A stretch of DNA of 64,000 nucleotides from a virus (taxonomy: Duplodnaviria; Caudoviricetes), in the IMG/VR virus record IMGVR_UViG_3300021426_000063, positions 96,001 through 160,000 of that record; one strand, 5' to 3'. Position numbers and translations under genes: made by a program. Of the stretch, positions 17,759 through 28,324 are shown in pieces; positions within the stretch are counted from its first letter, which is position 1, and every line of letters begins with the position of its first letter. The notes below the pieces were generated by a model that saw only the letters and a list, made by a program, of their open reading frames with translations, did not search any database and had not been told where the DNA came from.

Positions 17759-18370
17759 ATGTTGTATATACCAAAAGGAAAAAGAAAACAAATTGCAACC
17801 AAAGACATTATCAGTTATAGGTTGTTCATACTTGATAATCATTCAAATCTCATAACCATTCCTGGTTGTAAAGAAGAGAACTGTGAGATTATGAACACAT
17901 TCACAGATTATATATATGAACCCAAATGGAAAAGTGAAAAAACATCAACACATACATATCATTTGGATAATGATATGTTAGTTGACCACTACTTTTATGG
18001 GAGAAATATTACAGGCGGTTACTATTCTTTTGAAACAATTGAAAATATTGAAAGATTCTGGTATCATATTCTTCCATCTGAATTTGGAGATGAACCAGGA
18101 CACAAAGGTTTAGTCATTGTAAAATGTATAATTCCAAGAGGAACAGAATATTATAAAGGTTCTATTAATTCATCATCTGAAGGTGACTCCTATTTTTCTG
18201 GATATATCTCTAAAAAATTGAGAATAGATGGAATTGTTAAAGTATTAAACAAAGAAGAAAAAGAAAGAATAGATAATAAAATTAAACCATTACAAGATGC
18301 TTGGTTGGAAAAATACAATAATGAAATTGTACCAAAGTTAAAAGAAAAAATAATCAATAAATGTAATTAA
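17759..18370 (+). CDS. Hypothetical phage protein
   Basis: 203 aa; GGYYSF...VIVKCIIPRGTEYYKG. Confidence 0.6.
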   Translation: MLYIPKGKRKQIATKDIISYRLFILDNHSNLITIPGCKEENCEIMNTFTDYIYEPKWKSEKTSTHTYHLDNDMLVDHYFYGRNITGGYYSFETIENIERFWYHILPSEFGDEPGHKGLVIVKCIIPRGTEYYKGSINSSSEGDSYFSGYISKKLRIDGIVKVLNKEEKERIDNKIKPLQDAWLEKYNNEIVPKLKEKIINKCN

Positions 18371-18373
18371 ATT

Positions 18374-18613
18374 ATGGCAAAAGAAGTAGAAATCAACTAT
18401 TTTGAAGTGACAGTTAAACTTCAGGAAGAGACAGATCAAGAAGACCGTGCCGGGAATCCTAAAATCAAGAAGTGGCAGGAAAAGTGGTTAGTCCATGCAA
18501 AGACTACAGAAGAGGCCAACACAATCGTACAGAAAGAGTATGACGGTACAATGGCTGACTGGAGAATTGCCAATGTGAAGGAAACCCAGATTCTTGGTGT
18601 ACTTGATAATTAA
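18374..18613 (+). CDS. DUF4494-like protein
   Basis: YFEVTVK...G.PKIKKWQEKWLVHAKTTEEA...I.NVKET.I resembles the Bacteroidota DUF4494 family. Confidence 0.6.
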   Translation: MAKEVEINYFEVTVKLQEETDQEDRAGNPKIKKWQEKWLVHAKTTEEANTIVQKEYDGTMADWRIANVKETQILGVLDN

Positions 18614-18651
18614 CCCATATCTTTATTGTTCATATTTGTTTTGTTGTTTTT

Positions 18652-18692
18652 AGAGTGGAGTTGTAACAAACCCCACTCTTTTTTCATAAATA
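18652..18692 (+). terminator. Terminator hairpin fused to late promoter TCATAAATA (18684-18692)
   Basis: agagtggagttg...aaccccactct-tttt-tcataaata. Confidence 0.65.
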
Positions 18693-18719
18693 CCTTATAC
18701 TATGTACATATATTAAAAT

Positions 18720-19205
18720 ATGAACAATATAAAGAATTATACTGAATTTCTCCTTGAAGTGAAATCAGACAAGGACATTGTTAAGGACTTGGCAAGACAC
18801 CTGGCATTTGACAAGGACATAATCAAGTATCTTAACACATCCAGGGCAAAGCGTGAAATAGGTTGGAGAGAGATGCTGGATACAAAACTGCATGGTAAGA
18901 ACAAATTCTACATCAACTATATCACAAAGAATATGGTTGCTGATTATAACCCACAGATTACAGGTTATATCCATATCAATGATAATGAAGATGAGGAAGA
19001 TTTTGATCAGCAGGACAAGGACAGGGGATTTGATGATATGAGTCCTGAAGAACAAATTGCTGACCTCAATGACAGGGTTGGTGATGTTGAGGATCTTCTT
19101 GGTATCGACCCTGATAAGGATTCTTCACTTGACAAGGTTGCAAAGGCACTTGACAAGGCTGGTTATGAAAGACCTGAAATCAAAGATGATGAAGAGGAAG
19201 AATAA
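18720..19205 (+). CDS. Hypothetical acidic protein with capsid-targeting-like leader
   Basis: MNNIKNYTEFLLE...; ends DDEEEE. Confidence 0.65.
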   Translation: MNNIKNYTEFLLEVKSDKDIVKDLARHLAFDKDIIKYLNTSRAKREIGWREMLDTKLHGKNKFYINYITKNMVADYNPQITGYIHINDNEDEEDFDQQDKDRGFDDMSPEEQIADLNDRVGDVEDLLGIDPDKDSSLDKVAKALDKAGYERPEIKDDEEEE

Positions 19206-20113
19206 TGAGTGATTACAACCAGAAATATAACAAGGATGATGTTTTCATAAGGAGTATGATAGTGTGTCTTCTTGCAGAAATGAACAAGAAGATGTACATC
19301 TATAACCGTCTTGATGATGGATCTATACAGAAGGTTGACATTCCTTGTCTTTATTCCATAACTGGAGGGGAAAGATTCTTAAAAGATGAGTTTTACTATG
19401 ATGCGCTCCAGCAAGGTAAGGCATTCGGTGACTATGAGCATGTCCCAAGATGTATGGTGAACCTTACCAGTTTCAGTGTCAACCAGGCAGAACAAACCAA
19501 CAAATACAACAGGACAAAGATCGTAAGAGAGAGTCAGGGTGTTTTGAGGACATTGTATCTTAATGTTGAATGGATCCCTGTCACTCTTTCCTTTGATTGT
19601 AGGGTCATCTGTGCAAACAACATTGAACTCTTCAAGGCAACAGAGATGATAGTCTCCAAAATCTACAAGAACCCAAACTACTTCAAGGTTGATTTTGGTA
19701 TGTTCAATGTTGATGCTTGTCTTTCTGTACCTGCTGATTATAATCATACACTTCCACAGGAGTTTGGATTGAATGATAAAAAAGAGTTTTCAACAGAGTT
19801 CAGTATTGAAATGAAGTGTTTCATACCTGCATTTGAGCATGGTCTTCTTCTTTGTGAGATTGATGAACTCTTACTCCAGGTTCCAAAGGATGTTAAAGGC
19901 ATCATTGAATACAGACCTGATGAATTTGGTGTATATGGTATGAGGGCTGGTGGTGTAATGGAAACAATTATTGAATCTGAATATGCTCATCATATTGAAG
20001 AACCAACATTAAAATCAAACACACATACTGTTCCTATGAAAGTCAGGTCATTGGATGATTTGAAGAAAAAGGATTTGAATGAAGATTTAATCCAAAGGAA
20101 GATTGTAAAATAA
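19205..20113 (+). CDS. Tail terminator/sheath stabiliser (T4 gp15-like)
   Basis: Pattern VDIPCLY...ERFL...VPRC.VNL...IPVTLSFD; late context. Confidence 0.55.
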   Translation: MSDYNQKYNKDDVFIRSMIVCLLAEMNKKMYIYNRLDDGSIQKVDIPCLYSITGGERFLKDEFYYDALQQGKAFGDYEHVPRCMVNLTSFSVNQAEQTNKYNRTKIVRESQGVLRTLYLNVEWIPVTLSFDCRVICANNIELFKATEMIVSKIYKNPNYFKVDFGMFNVDACLSVPADYNHTLPQEFGLNDKKEFSTEFSIEMKCFIPAFEHGLLLCEIDELLLQVPKDVKGIIEYRPDEFGVYGMRAGGVMETIIESEYAHHIEEPTLKSNTHTVPMKVRSLDDLKKKDLNEDLIQRKIVK

Positions 20114-20153
20114 TCATAAATATAGAGTATTATAATCCTAATTTTTAAACAGA

Positions 20154-21833
20154 ATGATAGCATTACAAAACATACTTAACTCAGAAGGCCAAGAATTCTT
20201 GGATAATCTTTTGAATAAAGAGGTTGTAGTAAATGAGAAACTCAATGCAGCAACACTCTCATTTCAGAAGAAGGTCAAGTCTGAAACAGACCTCAACAGG
20301 AAGTTGACTTTCTATAAGGGTTCAGGTGTTAATAAGAGAGAGATTACTGTTGCTGATAGAGTTATGACTAATTTCTATGCCAATGGTATGACCTATTTGA
20401 GTAACTTAAGTAAAATCATTATAGACAAGATTCCAAACAACTGGACTTTTGTCTGTAAGTATTTCCCTAACCACCAGCCAAGTTTCATCAATTATTCTGT
20501 TCTCCCAAAGAACAACTTGGTTCTTTCTTGTATCATCACATCTGGTGGTACAAAGATTGAGGATGTGGAGGATTTGAGATCTTGGGCAGAGATGTTTGAC
20601 ATTGCTTACCAGGAACCAGTGTTCAGAGGATACCTCACACAGTATCAGAAAGAGAGATTGAATGATTATTTGAAGAATGGATCCACCAAGGATTCATTTG
20701 CAAGATTCATTATCACCTTATTGAACCCTAACCTCACACACTCATTATATCAAAATGATGGTTTTGATTCACCTATTGATGGTTTCATCTTCAAGTTTAT
20801 ATCAGATGACGGAGTAACCAAACCTGTATCTGCCAAACTCATTGACCCTTATATGACCAATATCATATTGAAGAACAAGTCAAACAAGGGATTCAAGGAC
20901 AATACAGATGTTCTGTTGTCTGATTTTGCTGTCTTTATGACAGGACAGGATATGGACTCTATTCTTCTTCATAGTGATGATGAGAGTCAGAGGTATCTTG
21001 AACTCTTCTATAAATTGTTCAACAGATACATCAAATATAAGAAGTCACAGTTGGAAGACTTTGATGTTGACACAAATGACATTGTAAAGGAATCCATCAA
21101 TGTAGAGTTTGATGTTGATATGGATGCCATCACCAATGAGACCACAAAGAAACTCTTGAAGGATAATCCGGAATACAAATCTATCTTCAAGACTCTCCTT
21201 GGTTCATTCAAAGCAAAGAAACCAGAGGATTACAAGTCTCTTGTTATGTCTCCTGGTGTAGTAAGAATCTTCAATGAAATCATTGATAAGATAAATGATA
21301 AGATTAAGACACAGGATCAGAATAATGATTTATCATTCACATCCTATCTTGATAGTATTCATCATAAGGACATCAATGACCTTGACATCAAGAATGCTCC
21401 ACAGGAAGTACAGGATGCCAACCTGGAAGTAAAGCCAGAGGAGAAGAAGAGTATTGCTGCCCTTTCATTTGCAGACTTCAAGAAGAAGGATGAGCAGGAA
21501 AAGGATGACAAGCAGGAGAAGAAACAAATCAAATCCATTGAGGATATGATCAAAGACCTTCAGAAGGATGTAAGTGGTATCAAGGACAACATTAAGGATG
21601 TTGAACAGAGTATAAAGGATTCTGCTGAAAAGAAGGAAGAGGAAGAAAAGAAAGAGGATAAGAAGGAGGAGAAAGAACCTGAAAAGGAAGAAAAGAAAGA
21701 CACTCCAAAAGACACAGGTGATTCAGATTCAGATGTAGAAGAAAATGATGATGAATCAGCAGACAACAATGATGATGAGAAAAAGGATAAGAAAGAAGAA
21801 AAGGAAAATGACAATCCTCTTTTGAACCTTTAA
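20154..21833 (+). CDS. Hypothetical protein with ligase-like N-terminus and K/E/D-rich tail
   Basis: 559 aa; VNEKLNA, IDGFIFKF, SAKL; late promoter 20114-20122. Confidence 0.6.
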   Translation: MIALQNILNSEGQEFLDNLLNKEVVVNEKLNAATLSFQKKVKSETDLNRKLTFYKGSGVNKREITVADRVMTNFYANGMTYLSNLSKIIIDKIPNNWTFVCKYFPNHQPSFINYSVLPKNNLVLSCIITSGGTKIEDVEDLRSWAEMFDIAYQEPVFRGYLTQYQKERLNDYLKNGSTKDSFARFIITLLNPNLTHSLYQNDGFDSPIDGFIFKFISDDGVTKPVSAKLIDPYMTNIILKNKSNKGFKDNTDVLLSDFAVFMTGQDMDSILLHSDDESQRYLELFYKLFNRYIKYKKSQLEDFDVDTNDIVKESINVEFDVDMDAITNETTKKLLKDNPEYKSIFKTLLGSFKAKKPEDYKSLVMSPGVVRIFNEIIDKINDKIKTQDQNNDLSFTSYLDSIHHKDINDLDIKNAPQEVQDANLEVKPEEKKSIAALSFADFKKKDEQEKDDKQEKKQIKSIEDMIKDLQKDVSGIKDNIKDVEQSIKDSAEKKEEEEKKEDKKEEKEPEKEEKKDTPKDTGDSDSDVEENDDESADNNDDEKKDKKEEKENDNPLLNL

Positions 21834-21871
21834 GATTTTCATAAATAATAATATATAAACAATATCTAATC

Positions 21872-23452
21872 ATGGATAATTTGAATACAAACTTAATCAA
21901 CTTGATCGCTTCATTCAAGAAGACTGGTCAGTCTGATGAGGTTATCAAGCAGTCATTGTGGCAATTGGGTATGATTCCAGAGATGGTGGAATCACACCTT
22001 GACTATTATAACAAGCACACTGCACAGATTAACAAGGACATAAACATAGTAAAAGAAACTAAAGATATGAAACTAACACTTGAAAAATTGCACACTCAGT
22101 CTGAAAAGACTATTGCAGCACTTGAAGAAATGAAGTCTGACAACAGTCTCGGTTTCTCTGCATCAAGCGCACAGAAAATCATTGAGAATGCTTTGGCACA
22201 GCTTCAAATCACAAAGGATGACAAGACTGTGATGGAAGAGAAAATCAAGGCTGGTTATAAGATTGATGATACACTTGTAAATCCAGTTTTGAAGTACACT
22301 GTAACCGAAAGTCTCTACTCTGCTCTTACACAGTATGACTGGTTACAGCCTGTTGCTGATTTCAGAGGTATGATTGCTGAATCATTCGTGGCAGACAAAT
22401 GGAGTTATGTTGCAGCTAATTTTGCAAACAGTCTTGCTGGTCAGTCTTCAAATCCTTCATATGCTCATCTCTATGAAGGCCTTGTAGATGTTCTCATTGA
22501 TGAGGAAAATGTAAGACTTGCACTTAAAGATGTTCTTCTTGAGAACTCTTGGCATGCTGATTGTAAATCTCTCCTTTCATCTATTGTTGCTGAAGAAAAG
22601 GCAGAACAGGGTGAGATTAACACCAGTATCTATGAGAACTCTAATTGTTCTGTAAGAAAGACCATCTCACCACTTATTATTGATGGTGATAAGAAAGTAT
22701 TCTTCCTTAATGGTAAGAATTACATCTTTGATGGTCAGACTCTTGAAGAAGCAACAGTTACTGACAGAAAATATCTCAATGTACTTGAAGGTCTTTCAAT
22801 ATTGAAGTATGAAGCAGACAAAGACAGACTTGTTTATTATGGTAAGAACAATATGGTTCTTGAATACAACTGCCAGACAGATGAAATTGCTCTCACTGGT
22901 GCAGAGAACATCAATGAAATGTCAATCATTGATCTCAATGAGACATTGAAGAGATGTGGCATCTTTGACAGAGAGACTATTGGTAACTGTGAGAAACTTG
23001 TTAAGTTCTTTGAAGCAAAGGATATCCTTGTTGAACTTGACACTCCTATCACCACTGTACAGAATGACAAGATGGCAGGTGTATTTGTAACTGTTATCAA
23101 TGTTCAGGAAGGTGTATATGTAAACAAGGTAAATGCTGTTCTTGGTATCAATGAGATGACTTATTACAAGACTGCAAAGGAAGCATGTGATGCTATCAGA
23201 GATTTTATGAAGTATGATGCAACTCCAATCCTTTCAGAGAAACTCCAGGCAGAAGGTATCAAGAATGCTGTCATTGAGTCAAAGAGAAATGAAATCAAGG
23301 AAACCCTTTCATTCCTTTCAGAGAAGAGAGCTCAGCTCATTGCTGGTCTCCAGGAAACCAACAACAATGAACAGGTAAAGGCTGCTCTTGAACTTGTTGA
23401 AGGTGAAATTAGAAAGTTTGAGAAGGAACTCCAGGAAACATATGTAGAGTAA
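21872..23452 (+). CDS. Hypothetical late (probable structural) protein
   Basis: 526 aa, coiled-coil C-terminus; late promoter 21839-21847. Confidence 0.65.
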   Translation: MDNLNTNLINLIASFKKTGQSDEVIKQSLWQLGMIPEMVESHLDYYNKHTAQINKDINIVKETKDMKLTLEKLHTQSEKTIAALEEMKSDNSLGFSASSAQKIIENALAQLQITKDDKTVMEEKIKAGYKIDDTLVNPVLKYTVTESLYSALTQYDWLQPVADFRGMIAESFVADKWSYVAANFANSLAGQSSNPSYAHLYEGLVDVLIDEENVRLALKDVLLENSWHADCKSLLSSIVAEEKAEQGEINTSIYENSNCSVRKTISPLIIDGDKKVFFLNGKNYIFDGQTLEEATVTDRKYLNVLEGLSILKYEADKDRLVYYGKNNMVLEYNCQTDEIALTGAENINEMSIIDLNETLKRCGIFDRETIGNCEKLVKFFEAKDILVELDTPITTVQNDKMAGVFVTVINVQEGVYVNKVNAVLGINEMTYYKTAKEACDAIRDFMKYDATPILSEKLQAEGIKNAVIESKRNEIKETLSFLSEKRAQLIAGLQETNNNEQVKAALELVEGEIRKFEKELQETYVE

Positions 23453-23458
23453 TTGGTT

Positions 23459-23734
23459 ATGGAAAGGGTAAAGAGTTTCAATGAGTTTATCAATGAAACC
23501 TTCCTTGAAAAACCTGCTGATGTTGACATTCTTGACCACAGTAAGAAAAAGATGGAAAAGAATGGTTATGCAGAAGTAACAGTCATTGAAACTGTAGATG
23601 GTCTTGAAAAAGGTGACAAGGTATTGGTTTCAGCAACAGAGTATGGTCAGTTGGATGACGAATCATTTGTTACCTGTTACAAGGATGATGAAGAATACTT
23701 CATTCAGAAAAAGAATTTACAGGCAAATTCATAA
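23459..23734 (+). CDS. Small protein with capsid-targeting-like leader
   Basis: MERVKSFNEFINE resembles the T4 internal-protein leader (MKTYQEFIAE type). Confidence 0.65.
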   Translation: MERVKSFNEFINETFLEKPADVDILDHSKKKMEKNGYAEVTVIETVDGLEKGDKVLVSATEYGQLDDESFVTCYKDDEEYFIQKKNLQANS

Positions 23735-23737
23735 CAT

Positions 23738-23780
23738 AGAAAATGTGGGAAAACAACCCCACATTTTCTTTTGTTATATT
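23738..23780 (+). terminator. Terminator hairpin followed by middle promoter TTTGTTATATT (23770-23780)
   Basis: agaaaatgtggg...cccacattttct-tttgttatatt. Confidence 0.65.
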
Positions 23781-23812
23781 TAATATATACAATATATCCT
23801 TTGTATTGAAAA

Positions 23813-24484
23813 ATGGCCAAAAAGAAAAACTATTTAAGTAATGCTGAATTAAGGGATGAGATTCTTAAATGTATAACAGATGGATATGAAAAGGCCATAT
23901 CTTATGGATTTGATCCAACACTTCCACCTTATGACAATGGTAGTTCAGAATCAGAACAAGATGACATTGTAGAAGATAAGACAATAAAGATTGGTTATCT
24001 TTTTGACAGTGATGATGAAGAACTTATAGAGAAGTATGAGATGGCTATCAAGAATGGTTATATGCCAGAGAGATCATACTGGATAAGGAAGGTCAGGGAA
24101 TATGAAAAAGAGGATACTGATGATATGGTTAGTTCAGATGACAGACTCAATCTTCAAATGGCAAAACCAGTAGTCAGTGACAAACTAGCCAAGATGTTCC
24201 AACTAATAGTAGAAAATATTGCAAGAAGTTTCTACTGGTCAAATCCTGATGATGGTGAGGATTGTAAGGCCAATGCAATCCTGGATTTATGTTCTTGCTT
24301 CTGGAAGTATGAACCGGTTGATGTGAATGGAAGACCATACAGTGCATTTGCCTTCTGTTCACAGATTGCCTATTTTGGAATTGCCGGCGCACACAGGATA
24401 CTTCATCCAAAGAAGTACAATGGTACAATATCTATTTCTTGCTTGGATGAAAATGGAAGACCATTTGATTTATACAATCTTTAA
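23813..24484 (+). CDS. Late-transcription sigma factor (T4 gp55-like)
   Basis: KNYLSNAELRDEI...KMFQLIVENIA..F...D....AILD.C..FWKYEP...AFAFCSQIAY. Confidence 0.7.
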   Translation: MAKKKNYLSNAELRDEILKCITDGYEKAISYGFDPTLPPYDNGSSESEQDDIVEDKTIKIGYLFDSDDEELIEKYEMAIKNGYMPERSYWIRKVREYEKEDTDDMVSSDDRLNLQMAKPVVSDKLAKMFQLIVENIARSFYWSNPDDGEDCKANAILDLCSCFWKYEPVDVNGRPYSAFAFCSQIAYFGIAGAHRILHPKKYNGTISISCLDENGRPFDLYNL

Positions 24485-24489
24485 TTCAC

Positions 24490-24527
24490 AAAGGAGTAAC
24501 CACAAGTTACTCCTTTTTTCATAAATA
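24490..24527 (+). terminator. Terminator fused to late promoter TCATAAATA (24519-24527)
   Basis: aaaggagtaac-cacaa-gttactccttt-tt-tcataaata. Confidence 0.7.
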
Positions 24528-24547
24528 CATTATAATAGTATATACTT

Positions 24548-25834
24548 ATGAATAAAGATTTATTTCAGAATGACCATATAACTGGTAACTCATTGATTGG
24601 ATTTGAGTTCAAAGGTCAGTTCAAGGATGATGAGAATGTATTACTCACCAAGTTAAAGGATATACTCAACAGGGAAGTATCATTCTCAAACATCAGTTAT
24701 AAGCTCCTTGAACCAACAGACCACCAGGCAGTTATGACTCTTGATGGAAAATACTGTGAAGTAAAGACTCCTCAATACAGTTACTTTGAAGCACTCTTCA
24801 TTCTCCCAAAGATTCTTGAACTTCTCAAATCTTTGAAAGATGACAAGGGATCATATCTGTATTTCAGGATTGGATTCAACAAGGATTTCTGTGATATAAC
24901 ACAGATCAATGTGATGAAGTTCATCCTCGAATTCAATGAAGATTATGTATTGAAGCATCTCACTGACCTCACTCTTGATGGTAATTTTGAGAAACTCACA
25001 GACATAAAACCATCAGATATTGAATCTTGTATTGATACCATCAAGAAAAGAATGGATGGTTTGAAGTACACTGATTATGAAGACATCTATGGTATTGATT
25101 TCAGTACTGTCAAACTTGGATACATCACATTCACATATGCCAGGGAAATCAACTTCAGGAACAAATGGGAAGAACTTCTCAAATGCCTGAACCATACCAT
25201 CATCACTCTTTACAACACCAGTACAGTATTTGAGTTTTCAGATGATGAGAAAAAGAAGATTGAAGACCTTGATACTACATACAAGTCAACCTCCCAGGCC
25301 TTTGGATGTTATGAACTCTTCAAGGAGAAATATAAGGGTATCAAACTCACCAAAGACCTAAATGCTGATGGTATGGATATTGAAATCATCTTCCCAGCAA
25401 TCAAGGACAAACTCTTTGATATTGTAGTGAAGTGTGGCATCAAGGAGGCTCAGATTAATTATGATTCTGATATTTCCAGGATCCAGTTAAAGAATATTGA
25501 GACAAAGAAGTGTTATCACCTCAATGGTGTTGATATTGTTGACAGTGAACTCACCAACTGTACCATAAGAGACTGTGATGTCTATGATACCAATATTGAG
25601 AAATCATCCATCATCAAGAGTAATCTATTTGGATATGCTGATTGCAAGGATTGTAGGATTAAAGATTCCTTTGTCAGTAGAAATATCAAGTTGAAGGATT
25701 GCAGAGTATCTGGCAATCTTGGTAAGATGGGTGGTATAATGAAAGGTGGTATGTTGAAGGACACCACTGTCATTGCATCAATGGCAGATATTGCTGATGA
25801 TGTAGAAAAGAACAATGTAAATGAAATTCAGTAA
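24548..25834 (+). CDS. Hypothetical protein (amidoligase-like N-terminus, beta-helix-like C-terminus)
   Basis: IGFEFK...CEVKTP near N-terminus; C-terminal short I/C/S-rich repeats (NCTIRDCDV, DCKDCRIKDS). Confidence 0.55.
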   Translation: MNKDLFQNDHITGNSLIGFEFKGQFKDDENVLLTKLKDILNREVSFSNISYKLLEPTDHQAVMTLDGKYCEVKTPQYSYFEALFILPKILELLKSLKDDKGSYLYFRIGFNKDFCDITQINVMKFILEFNEDYVLKHLTDLTLDGNFEKLTDIKPSDIESCIDTIKKRMDGLKYTDYEDIYGIDFSTVKLGYITFTYAREINFRNKWEELLKCLNHTIITLYNTSTVFEFSDDEKKKIEDLDTTYKSTSQAFGCYELFKEKYKGIKLTKDLNADGMDIEIIFPAIKDKLFDIVVKCGIKEAQINYDSDISRIQLKNIETKKCYHLNGVDIVDSELTNCTIRDCDVYDTNIEKSSIIKSNLFGYADCKDCRIKDSFVSRNIKLKDCRVSGNLGKMGGIMKGGMLKDTTVIASMADIADDVEKNNVNEIQ

Positions 25835-26193
25835 TGTTAAGAGACATATATGCAATTCCTGAAGAGGAACCAAGATATAAGGACAATGTACTTGAAATCA
25901 CTGGTGAATTGGATGAAATCATACAACAGGTAGATATGATTCTCTTCACAAACAAAGGTGATGTCTTGTGTATGCCTGATTTTGGATGTAACCTTGGAAG
26001 ATACTTGTTTGATACTACCTATAATGAACAACTAATCAAACAGATTATAATGGATCAGATTAATAATTTCATTTATTTAGATGGTTCTTACAAAGTTGAT
26101 GTTGATGTGAATTTCATAAAATGGGATTATAATGTTGCAATGGTTGTAGACCTCAATATAAACAATCGCCGTGTGGCATCTTATTTAGTTTAA
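25834..26193 (+). CDS. Baseplate wedge protein (T4 gp25-like)
   Basis: ILFTNKGDVLCMPDFGCNL..YLFD. Confidence 0.8.
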   Translation: MLRDIYAIPEEEPRYKDNVLEITGELDEIIQQVDMILFTNKGDVLCMPDFGCNLGRYLFDTTYNEQLIKQIIMDQINNFIYLDGSYKVDVDVNFIKWDYNVAMVVDLNINNRRVASYLV

Positions 26194-26197
26194 AAAG

Positions 26198-26236
26198 AAA
26201 AGAGATGATACCAAATCATCTCTTTTTTCATAAATA
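26198..26236 (+). terminator. Terminator fused to late promoter TCATAAATA (26228-26236)
   Basis: aaaagagatgat-accaa-atcatctctttt then tcataaata. Confidence 0.65.
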
Positions 26237-26260
26237 AATATATAATGTTAATTATCAGAT

Positions 26261-28036
26261 ATGTCTTTTTTATCCAAGACTAGATTGAAGGCAAGTGAAT
26301 TGATGGAACAATCTGTCAATTTCTTACATGAAAAGTATAACCAGGCTGCAAATGTATTCACAGCAGCATCCCCATTTGGACAATTATTGACAGTCATAGC
26401 AAATATGGCTGAACTTATCTTCACATATATCTCCCATACAGCAGAAGAACTCAATATAAAGACTGCACAGAATGTGGAGACTATATATGGTCTTGCTCAA
26501 ATGACAGGACATGATGCTTATAGAGGTGGAAGTGCATATGGTATGATGGCATTGAAATTAAATACATATTCTGATTTGATTGAAGGAAATTATATAACTA
26601 TAAACAACTTCACAAAATTCTCAATAACTGAAACTGGATGTACATACTTCTTAAATCTTCCAAGTGATTATATTAAGCTTGATGTTGGAGCAAATGATTT
26701 TGTGAATGTTAATTTCATCCAAGGTATCGCAGAAAGTCAAAAATTCACATCTGATGGTTCACCACTTCAATCATTCAATCCTATTGTAAAATCAATGACA
26801 GACAATGATAATGTTGCTGTCAGTGTGAATGGTAAACAATGGAAGAGGGTGAACAGTCTTTATGATATGCCGGCAGATGATGACACCAATGAGAATTCAG
26901 AATGCTTTATTGTAAAATCATCAGTCAATGTTGGTCTTTCAATCTTCTTTGGTAATGGTGAATTTGGTAAGATTCCACCAGCAGGTTCTGTCATTGAGAT
27001 AACATATATCAAGACAGATGGTGCTGCCGGTAATGCAGATACATCAAATCTCACATATATCTTCCAGGATTCTGCTGTTGATGAGTATGGTAATGAAATC
27101 AACCTCAATGATGTACTCACAGTCGAGACAGTAGTACCCCCAACACTTGGTAGTAATTTTGAAGACCCAGAGTTCACAAAACTCATTGCTCCAAAGGCAA
27201 GTAAGTCATTTGTATTGGCAACTCCAGAGAACTATGTGAGTTATCTTTCAAAGTATAATCAGTACTCATTCATCTATGCATACAATACAAAGGATGACCC
27301 TAATGTATATGATGACAATGTGATCTACTTAAAGATAATTCCTAACATTAAGAAAAAACTTTCAAACAGTCAGGATTTCTTTGAACTCCCAACAAGTGAG
27401 TTCACATTGAGTGAGTATGAAAAACAATCCATCATTGATGCACTTGACAACTCTGGCAGAATGCTTGTCAATGCAGAGGTAAAGATTGTTGATCCAACTG
27501 TAAAGAAATATGTAATCAATATCATTGTAAGATACTTTGAGGATATTGACAGAACCCAGATAAGGGCAAGTATCAGGTCTCTTCTCGATAAATACTATCT
27601 CAATATAAACAGAAATGACATCGTCCCGCTTTCAGATATTATATCTCTTGTTGAGAGTGTTGATGGTGTTGATACATGTGATGTATTCTTTGTAAGTGAA
27701 GAAAATGAGAAAGCAATTGAGAATGGTTATTACTACACCAATGAGATGACCTGGGATGGTCTTGAATATGTAGAGAACCAGAAGAAGGTATATGTTAATT
27801 ATGATGAGGATCCAAGGATTGGATTTGATGATTTTGGTAACCTCAAAGTTAATGAATATGAAATCTTCATTCCAAAGGGTGGATGGAAAGACAGGGATGG
27901 TAATTACTACACAGAAACCCCGGAAGATGGTAAACTTGGTCCACTCAACATCTTCTTCATAGATAAGGTTGACAGTTCTTCTTATAACCTTGCTATGCAG
28001 AGGAAACTCAATACATTATTGAAAAACAACTATTAA
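26261..28036 (+). CDS. Baseplate wedge protein (T4 gp6-like)
   Basis: ELNIKTAQ..TIYGLAQMTG, IFFGNGEFGKIP..GSVIEITYIKTDGAAGN, follows the gp25-like gene. Confidence 0.8.
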   Translation: MSFLSKTRLKASELMEQSVNFLHEKYNQAANVFTAASPFGQLLTVIANMAELIFTYISHTAEELNIKTAQNVETIYGLAQMTGHDAYRGGSAYGMMALKLNTYSDLIEGNYITINNFTKFSITETGCTYFLNLPSDYIKLDVGANDFVNVNFIQGIAESQKFTSDGSPLQSFNPIVKSMTDNDNVAVSVNGKQWKRVNSLYDMPADDDTNENSECFIVKSSVNVGLSIFFGNGEFGKIPPAGSVIEITYIKTDGAAGNADTSNLTYIFQDSAVDEYGNEINLNDVLTVETVVPPTLGSNFEDPEFTKLIAPKASKSFVLATPENYVSYLSKYNQYSFIYAYNTKDDPNVYDDNVIYLKIIPNIKKKLSNSQDFFELPTSEFTLSEYEKQSIIDALDNSGRMLVNAEVKIVDPTVKKYVINIIVRYFEDIDRTQIRASIRSLLDKYYLNINRNDIVPLSDIISLVESVDGVDTCDVFFVSEENEKAIENGYYYTNEMTWDGLEYVENQKKVYVNYDEDPRIGFDDFGNLKVNEYEIFIPKGGWKDRDGNYYTETPEDGKLGPLNIFFIDKVDSSSYNLAMQRKLNTLLKNNY

Positions 28037-28039
28037 TAG

Positions 28040-28324
28040 ATGGATACATCAAAGAATAATGACATAAACATTGTCAAATACAAAGGATTTGACTCCATCT
28101 ATGATAAGATTAATGAGAGTAGATGGGAGACAAAGAATGAAGGATACAAGTATGAAGATACATTGATGGAAGACAACACAAGTAAGTACCTTCAAAAGAA
28201 TCCTATGATGAGACAGTTCTTCCCTTATCTGAACAAACTGATGTCTCATCTCATCAATAGTGTGAAGTATTTGAGAAACTTCAACAACTATGCAGTCAGA
28301 AAAGATTACAAAAGAATTGACTAA
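28040..28324 (+). CDS. Hypothetical protein (baseplate region)
   Basis: 94-aa ORF coupled to neighbours. Confidence 0.6.
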   Translation: MDTSKNNDINIVKYKGFDSIYDKINESRWETKNEGYKYEDTLMEDNTSKYLQKNPMMRQFFPYLNKLMSHLINSVKYLRNFNNYAVRKDYKRID

